64,000 bases of DNA from Myxococcales bacterium (GTDB lineage Bacteria; Desulfobacterota; Binatia; HRBIN30): assembly GCA_037445065.1 (NCBI GenBank), contig JBBILD010000012.1, forward strand, positions 1 to 64,000, in the 5' to 3' direction. The notes under the pieces were generated by a model that did no database searches, was not told the origin of the DNA, and worked only from the letters and a program-made list of their open reading frames with translations. Shown here piece after piece: positions 58,727 through 64,000 of this stretch. Within the stretch, counting starts at the first letter, position 1; the number at the start of each line of letters is the position of its first letter. The position numbers were made by a program, and so were the translations under genes.

Positions 58727-60459
58727 GCTCGACCTTGCGCACGGGCGCGGTAGCGGCCCCAGGCCGCAAAGGCAACCAGCAGCAGGCTTGCGGCCCATCC
58801 GGAAAAAGAGGACGCCTGGTTCGCTCCCTCGATGCGACAACTACAACCTCCACCGCCGTCGCCAGCGGCGGCAGTGCGGGTCGCAGTTGGGGTACTCGTC
58901 GTGGTGGGCACCGGCACGGTTGCTGTGGCCGTGGGGAGAGGCACCGTCGGAGATGCGGTAAAGGTAGGCGCGAGGGTAGCGGTCGGTGAAGCTGTGTGAG
59001 TCAGGGTCGGCGTCCGCAACGACTCGGTCGCTGACGCAGTTGGGGTGGGAGAGGCTTCTGTCGTCGCCGTTGGCACTGCGGTCTCGGTTGGAGTAGGCTC
59101 TTCGAACACCTTGCTGTACAAAGGGTTTTCCGTGACGTAGGCATCCACCACGTTGTCCGGGTCATCTGCCGTGAGGCGAGCGGCAGAAAGAAACGTCACC
59201 CGCCGCCCATCGGCGCTCACCGACGGCAGGAAACTATCTCCGTCCGCGGCACCGCCGGTGGCTGGCTGGCTCAGCAGAACGACTTCGCCGTCGGCCAGGT
59301 CCACCACGAACACGTCTACCCCGGGCCAGCGATCACCCGCCGCCAGGTTGCTGGCCGCAGACTGAAAGACGAGAAACCGTCCGGAGTCGTCGAGACTCGG
59401 GGCCAGGGCGGGTGCGTTGGCCACCTCGCCGCTTTGACTGCGCGAGGCAAGGAAGGTGCGCCCCAGCGCGCGGTCACGCACAAACACCTGCGTGAGGCCG
59501 GTGGTGTCTCCGTCCAGGTTCGACGCACGAGAAAAGAAGGCCACCCAACGGCCATCCGCGCTCATGGCCAAGTTGGCGAGCTCCAGTTGCGACGGCCCAT
59601 TGGCTTCTTCTCCCGCGCTGCTCACACTCACTCGTTCGATCGCGCCTGTGCAGCGATCGCGAACGAACACGTCGCGCACTTGGTTCCGATCGCCCGGCAC
59701 CAGATTCCCCGCATCCGAAGCAAACGCCACCAGACAACCATCTGCGCTGATTGCTGGGCCCAGGCTCGGTCCGTCCGCCGTCCGTGTTTCCGGTGCACCC
59801 AGAGACGTGTAGGTCACGACCTCGATGGCTCCCGTTTCTCGATCGACCACGAAAATGTCGCTGGCTTCGTTGCGGTCGTTGGGAGCAAGATCGTCGGCGC
59901 GCGATGCAAAGGCGATCCAGCGGCCCTCACCGGAGTCAACCGCAGGGGGAAGATCCGGTAAGGCGCCGCCGCCGCGGCCGCTTTGCGATAAGCTCAACGC
60001 ACGCGTACGGCCGCTAGCGCGGTCGAAGAGAAACAGGTCGGGGCTGCTGTTGAAGTCGCCCGTGACCAGGTTATTTGCCGCCGAACCGAACACCGCAAAG
60101 CGCCCGTCGCGGCTCAGCGATCCCGGGAAACTCCCCTCGTTCGCGTCTCCACCCAAAAATGACCCGCTCACACGCTCGATCACGCCCGCTTGCCAGTCGG
60201 CCACGAAGACATCGGATTTCCCATTCCGATCCGCTGGCACAAGGTTGGAAGCGACCGACAAGAACAGCACCAAGCTCCCGTCTCCATTCGGGCGAGCATG
60301 TAAAACCGGGCTGTCGAGGCTGCCGCCGCCCGGTGGGACACTGACACGGCGCACCTGCGGGGCCTCGCTTGCCACTGCCGCGCTTCCGAACACGAAGAGG
60401 CAAGCGAGGCTCACCACTCCGACCCGCCACTCGACTCGCCCCGACCACGCTCGCCACAT
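58723..60459 (-). CDS. Secreted TolB/PD40-like beta-propeller protein with Thr/Pro linker and MYXO-CTERM-like anchor
   Basis: Repeated S.DGR..AF.S.A.NLV.GD.N...DVF units, PT-rich stalk, GGGGCSC + TM + basic tail. Confidence 0.82.
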   Translation of the reverse strand: MWRAWSGRVEWRVGVVSLACLFVFGSAAVASEAPQVRRVSVPPGGGSLDSPVLHARPNGDGSLVLFLSVASNLVPADRNGKSDVFVADWQAGVIERVSGSFLGGDANEGSFPGSLSRDGRFAVFGSAANNLVTGDFNSSPDLFLFDRASGRTRALSLSQSGRGGGALPDLPPAVDSGEGRWIAFASRADDLAPNDRNEASDIFVVDRETGAIEVVTYTSLGAPETRTADGPSLGPAISADGCLVAFASDAGNLVPGDRNQVRDVFVRDRCTGAIERVSVSSAGEEANGPSQLELANLAMSADGRWVAFFSRASNLDGDTTGLTQVFVRDRALGRTFLASRSQSGEVANAPALAPSLDDSGRFLVFQSAASNLAAGDRWPGVDVFVVDLADGEVVLLSQPATGGAADGDSFLPSVSADGRRVTFLSAARLTADDPDNVVDAYVTENPLYSKVFEEPTPTETAVPTATTEASPTPTASATESLRTPTLTHTASPTATLAPTFTASPTVPLPTATATVPVPTTTSTPTATRTAAAGDGGGGCSCRIEGANQASSFSGWAASLLLVAFAAWGRYRARAQGRA

Positions 60460-60549
60460 AGAGCCCTCCACAAGGATGCGCCGCATAGCACAGCGTGATT
60501 CGCCGGCACAATGTGGCGCGCACGTCGGAAAGCGCTAGTACAAGCCCCG

Positions 60550-61518
60550 ATGCAAGCGCGAAACGTGTGGCCGCGGACGCAAGCGGGCCTCGAGGAGGCG
60601 GTGACGGTGGACCGCCTCGTGCACCGCTACGAAGATCGGGTGGCGCTACAAGAGGTGAGTTTTTCGGTACGCCGGGGCGAGATTTTCGCGCTACTCGGCC
60701 CGAACGGGGGGGGCAAGACGACCCTCTTCCGAATCTTGGCTACGCTGCTGCGGCCGACCGCTGGCAGTTTTTCCATTGCCGGTGTGCCAGCACAGCAGGC
60801 GCATGAGGTGCGCCGCCACTTGGGAGTAGTCTTCCAGAACGCGAGCGTGGATCCGAAACTCACGGTGTGGGAGAACCTGCTTTGCCACGGCCAACTGTAC
60901 GGCCTGCGCCGCACCACGGTGGCGGAACGGGCCAGCGAGTTGCTCGATCGGTTCGCTCTGCGCGAGCGGCGCGACGATTTGCTGGAGACCCTCTCAGGCG
61001 GCATGCAGCGGCGGGTGGAGCTAGCCAAGGCGTTGCTGCACCGGCCACCCGTGTTGCTCCTCGATGAACCGAGCACGGGCTTGGATCCCGGCATCCGGCG
61101 CGAGTTTTTTGCTCTTCTGCAAGAGTTGCGCGCCCACATGGAACTCACCGTCGTGCTCACCACGCACTTTATGGAAGAGGCGGAGCGTTGCGATCGGGTA
61201 GCCATCTTGCACCGCGGCAGCCTGGTCGCGCTCGGAAGCCCAACGGAACTGAAAGCAGCAGTGGGTGGAGACGTGCTGATGCTGCAGGGTTCGGACCCCG
61301 CCCGCCTCGCCGAGCGCCTGCGGCAGGAGTTAGGACTGGCAGCACGCGTGGTGGACGGTGCCGTGCGGGTCGAACGAGCGCAGGTGCATGAACTCGTGCC
61401 GCGCATTGTGGCGGCTCTGGGCGACGATCTCACCTCGGTCACCTACGGCCGCCCGACCTTGGAAGACGTGTTCGTGCACCACACCGGGCAGCGCTTTTGG
61501 ATCGAGGAGCCGCGATGA
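60550..61518 (+). CDS. ABC transporter ATP-binding protein (DrrA-like)
   Basis: GPNGGGKTT, LSGGMQRR, LDEPSTGLDP, TTHFMEEA. Start uncertain. Confidence 0.92.
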   Translation: MQARNVWPRTQAGLEEAVTVDRLVHRYEDRVALQEVSFSVRRGEIFALLGPNGGGKTTLFRILATLLRPTAGSFSIAGVPAQQAHEVRRHLGVVFQNASVDPKLTVWENLLCHGQLYGLRRTTVAERASELLDRFALRERRDDLLETLSGGMQRRVELAKALLHRPPVLLLDEPSTGLDPGIRREFFALLQELRAHMELTVVLTTHFMEEAERCDRVAILHRGSLVALGSPTELKAAVGGDVLMLQGSDPARLAERLRQELGLAARVVDGAVRVERAQVHELVPRIVAALGDDLTSVTYGRPTLEDVFVHHTGQRFWIEEPR

Positions 61519-62312
61519 GTCCGTCTGTCCCGCCGCTGTTTTGGCTCGGAGCGTGGGCACTTTGGCGCCGCGAAATCTTGCGTTTTGTACGCCAGCGCAG
61601 CCGGCTTACTGGCGCCTTTCTCCAACCGCTGGTCTTTTGGCTGCTACTCGGCGGAGGCTTTAACGCCTCCTTTCGCCCCGCAGGCGCCAGTGGGAACCTA
61701 TCGTATGTCTCGTATTTCTTCCCCGGCACCGTGCTGCTTGTGCTCCTCTTCACCGCGATTTTTGCGACGATCTCTACCGTGGAAGACCGCAAATCTGGGT
61801 TCCTCCAAGGCGTGCTGGTCGCGCCTCTGCCGCGCTGGATGATCACTCTCGGGCAAACTGCTGGCGGAGCCACGCTCGCATTACTGCAAGGCGTCATCAT
61901 GCTGAGTCTCGCCCCACTGGCCGGGGTTCCCTTGAGTCCGATGGGCTTTGCTGCGGCAGTCGCAATTCTCGCCGTGTTGGCCACGGCGCTAACCAGCATG
62001 GGGCTGGTCATTGCCTGGCGGATGGATTCTACCCAGGGCTTCCACGCCATTATGAACTTGCTCTTGTTGCCCTCGTGGTTCCTATCCGGCGCCTTTTTCC
62101 CCGAAGCCGGTGCTCCCCTGCCGATCCGGGTATTGATGCACCTAAACCCCCTCACCTACGGCATGGCGGCGCTACGGAGAGCCCTATATTGGTCCGAACC
62201 GCACCTACTGCCCCCCCTACCTGGTTGGCCACTGGCGCTCAGCGTGACCGTGGCCTTTGCCGCAACCAGTTTTGCAGCGGCGGTGTGGAGCTCAGAGCGA
62301 CGCCCGGCTTAA
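61515..62312 (+). CDS. ABC-2 type permease
   Basis: FLSGAFFP, NPLTY; ATGA overlap with the ATPase. Confidence 0.9.
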   Translation: MSPSVPPLFWLGAWALWRREILRFVRQRSRLTGAFLQPLVFWLLLGGGFNASFRPAGASGNLSYVSYFFPGTVLLVLLFTAIFATISTVEDRKSGFLQGVLVAPLPRWMITLGQTAGGATLALLQGVIMLSLAPLAGVPLSPMGFAAAVAILAVLATALTSMGLVIAWRMDSTQGFHAIMNLLLLPSWFLSGAFFPEAGAPLPIRVLMHLNPLTYGMAALRRALYWSEPHLLPPLPGWPLALSVTVAFAATSFAAAVWSSERRPA

Positions 62313-62380
62313 CCGCGGCGCGGCGAGTCCACGCTCAGTGCGCCGTGCGGCTCGCTTGTCTACAACGCAAGCGTTTCCGC

Positions 62381-63574
62381 TCACGCCAACGCCAATGCCA
62401 GACTGTCTGCCAGACGGAGGCCCGCTTGGGTAACCCGCCACGCTTCTGCGTCCGGCCGAAGCAGACCCTTCTCGGCCAGCTCGTGCAGCAGCGGCATCTC
62501 TTCCTCCGGATCTTCTCCAAACCGTTCCCGGTACCGGCGGCGGTCAATCCCATCCACACAGCGCAGGCCGACCATGCAAAACTCCAAACGGGCCTGCTCC
62601 CGAGTGAGGTCCTCCCTCCAGGCATGCGCGCATCCGTTCGAACGCACCAGCTCCAGATAGCGAGGGGGCCACTGCGCATTCTTCCAACGCCAGCCAAAAC
62701 CATGCTTCCCGCCCGGGTAGGCGTAACCGGCGGCACCCGCACCGACGCCCACGTACGGTAACCCATGCCAGTAGCTCAAGTTGTGCCGCGAGCGGTACCC
62801 AGGCTGCGCAAAGTTCGACACCTCGTAATGCTCGAACCCAAACTTCTCCCGGAGGATTGCCGACAAATAGTCGAACAACATCGCTTCATCGCGCTCCGAC
62901 ATCGGTGCGAGCTTCCCATCCTCCTTCAATCGGAAAAAGGGCGTCCCAGGTTTGTAGGTCAACACATACGCCGAAATGTGGGTGGCCCCGAGGCGGACCG
63001 CCGTTTGGACGTCACTCTCTACGCGCCACGTGCCGTCGCCGGGCACGCAATAGATGATGTCCACATTCACCGCATCAAACCCGCATTCTTGCGCCCACAG
63101 CAGAGCCTGAACAGCGTCGCGAGCCTCATGGTCACGCCCCAACAGCGCGAGAACTTCGTTGCGGAAGGACTGGACCCCCACACTCAGCCGATTCACCCCA
63201 ATTTTACGGTATCCGCGCAGCTTCTCGACCGTGAGCGTGCGCGGGTTTGCCTCGAGCGTGATTTCCAAGTCGAAGCGAGTGGGCCAGAGTTGCCGAATCT
63301 TGCGGATGACGGCTGCGAAGGATTCGGGCGCGAATAACGACGGCGTACCGCCGCCAAAGTAAACGCTCCGCACCCACCCAATGCCAAACGGCATCACCTG
63401 CGCGTAATACTCCAGCTCGCGGAGAAGCGCCTCCACGTACTCCTCTTCCGGCCACGCATCCACAGCGAACTTGGGGAAATCGCAGTACGGGCACTCCTTC
63501 AAGCAGTACGGGATGTGCACATATACCCCGAAGTCGCCGTGCGGACCCGTTGGCCCCGCGGGTGTTTCGCTCAC
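62381..63574 (-). CDS. hemW: Radical SAM heme chaperone HemW
   Basis: YVHIPYCLKECPYCDF, GGGTPS, YEVSNF, HNLSYW. Confidence 0.9.
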   Translation of the reverse strand: MSETPAGPTGPHGDFGVYVHIPYCLKECPYCDFPKFAVDAWPEEEYVEALLRELEYYAQVMPFGIGWVRSVYFGGGTPSLFAPESFAAVIRKIRQLWPTRFDLEITLEANPRTLTVEKLRGYRKIGVNRLSVGVQSFRNEVLALLGRDHEARDAVQALLWAQECGFDAVNVDIIYCVPGDGTWRVESDVQTAVRLGATHISAYVLTYKPGTPFFRLKEDGKLAPMSERDEAMLFDYLSAILREKFGFEHYEVSNFAQPGYRSRHNLSYWHGLPYVGVGAGAAGYAYPGGKHGFGWRWKNAQWPPRYLELVRSNGCAHAWREDLTREQARLEFCMVGLRCVDGIDRRRYRERFGEDPEEEMPLLHELAEKGLLRPDAEAWRVTQAGLRLADSLALALA

Positions 63575-64000
63575 GCGTACCTCCGCAACACGGCAATCAC
63601 CACGCCGCGGATCGCTACGTCTTCAGCCCGGGCGACGATCGGCGGCATCGTGGGATGGGCGGGCACCAAACGCACCTGCCCGTGTCCGTCGTGGTAGAAG
63701 CGCTTTACTGTCGCTTCCCCGCGCACCAAAGCTACCACCGTCTCGCCGTTTTCTGCCGTAGCCCGCTCCTCGACGACGATGTAGTCGCCGTCGAAAATGC
63801 CGTCCTGAATCATCGAATCGCCTCGAACTCGGAGCACGAAGCTGTTCGGACGGCGCACGAATGACTCTGGCACCGCAAACGTATCGTCCTGCTCCAACGG
63901 CTCGATCGGCTGACCAGCCGCCACGTAGCCCAGGAGCGGCAGCTCGACCGCCGCGGCCCGTCCGCCACGCGGCACGATTTCGATGGAGCGGCTCAGGTTG
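63571..64000 (-). CDS. lexA: SOS repressor LexA, C-terminal part (5' end beyond window)
   Basis: LPLLGYVAAGQP (AG cleavage site), VRGDSM, EATVKRF. Confidence 0.92.
   Translation of the reverse strand, partial: NLSRSIEIVPRGGRAAAVELPLLGYVAAGQPIEPLEQDDTFAVPESFVRRPNSFVLRVRGDSMIQDGIFDGDYIVVEERATAENGETVVALVRGEATVKRFYHDGHGQVRLVPAHPTMPPIVARAEDVAIRGVVIAVLRRYA

Noticed and set aside
58860..59100. Repetitive DNA in the beta-propeller gene
   Set aside because: Explained by an ordinary Thr/Pro-rich protein linker.

Overview
A GC-rich bacterial chromosomal window, mostly housekeeping and catabolic genes (recG, gltA, panE, pyrE, hemW, partial lexA, Zn-type ABC uptake, acyl-CoA dehydrogenases, GH3/GH38). 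The gene content is reminiscent of Candidatus Binatia, which is inference only. Two accessory zones stand out, both involving HUH (Y1) transposase-family proteins. (1) Bases 1-5825, just 3' of tRNA-Asn, hold a restriction-like defence operon: SNF2 helicase-DUF3883, MNT, HEPN and a DUF1156-type DNA methyltransferase. The methyltransferase is missing from the ORF track because it runs off the left edge. Hand translation shows it carries a RAYT/TnpA-REP domain with its catalytic motifs, inserted in frame and bracketed by two inverted GTGG-foot REP hairpins. Five more REPs of the same family are translated inside the methylase and helicase. (2) Bases 29.3-46.5 kb hold a stand-alone long-type RAYT surrounded by polarised clusters of a non-palindromic TGGGTGTCC motif (at least 19 intergenic copies). 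These clusters come with local tandem duplications, a 135-bp direct repeat, strand skew, an IS91-like remnant and several pseudogenes. A CxxC...RAPP leader ORF precedes the metal-uptake operon. All family assignments come from motif recognition by eye; no database search was run.
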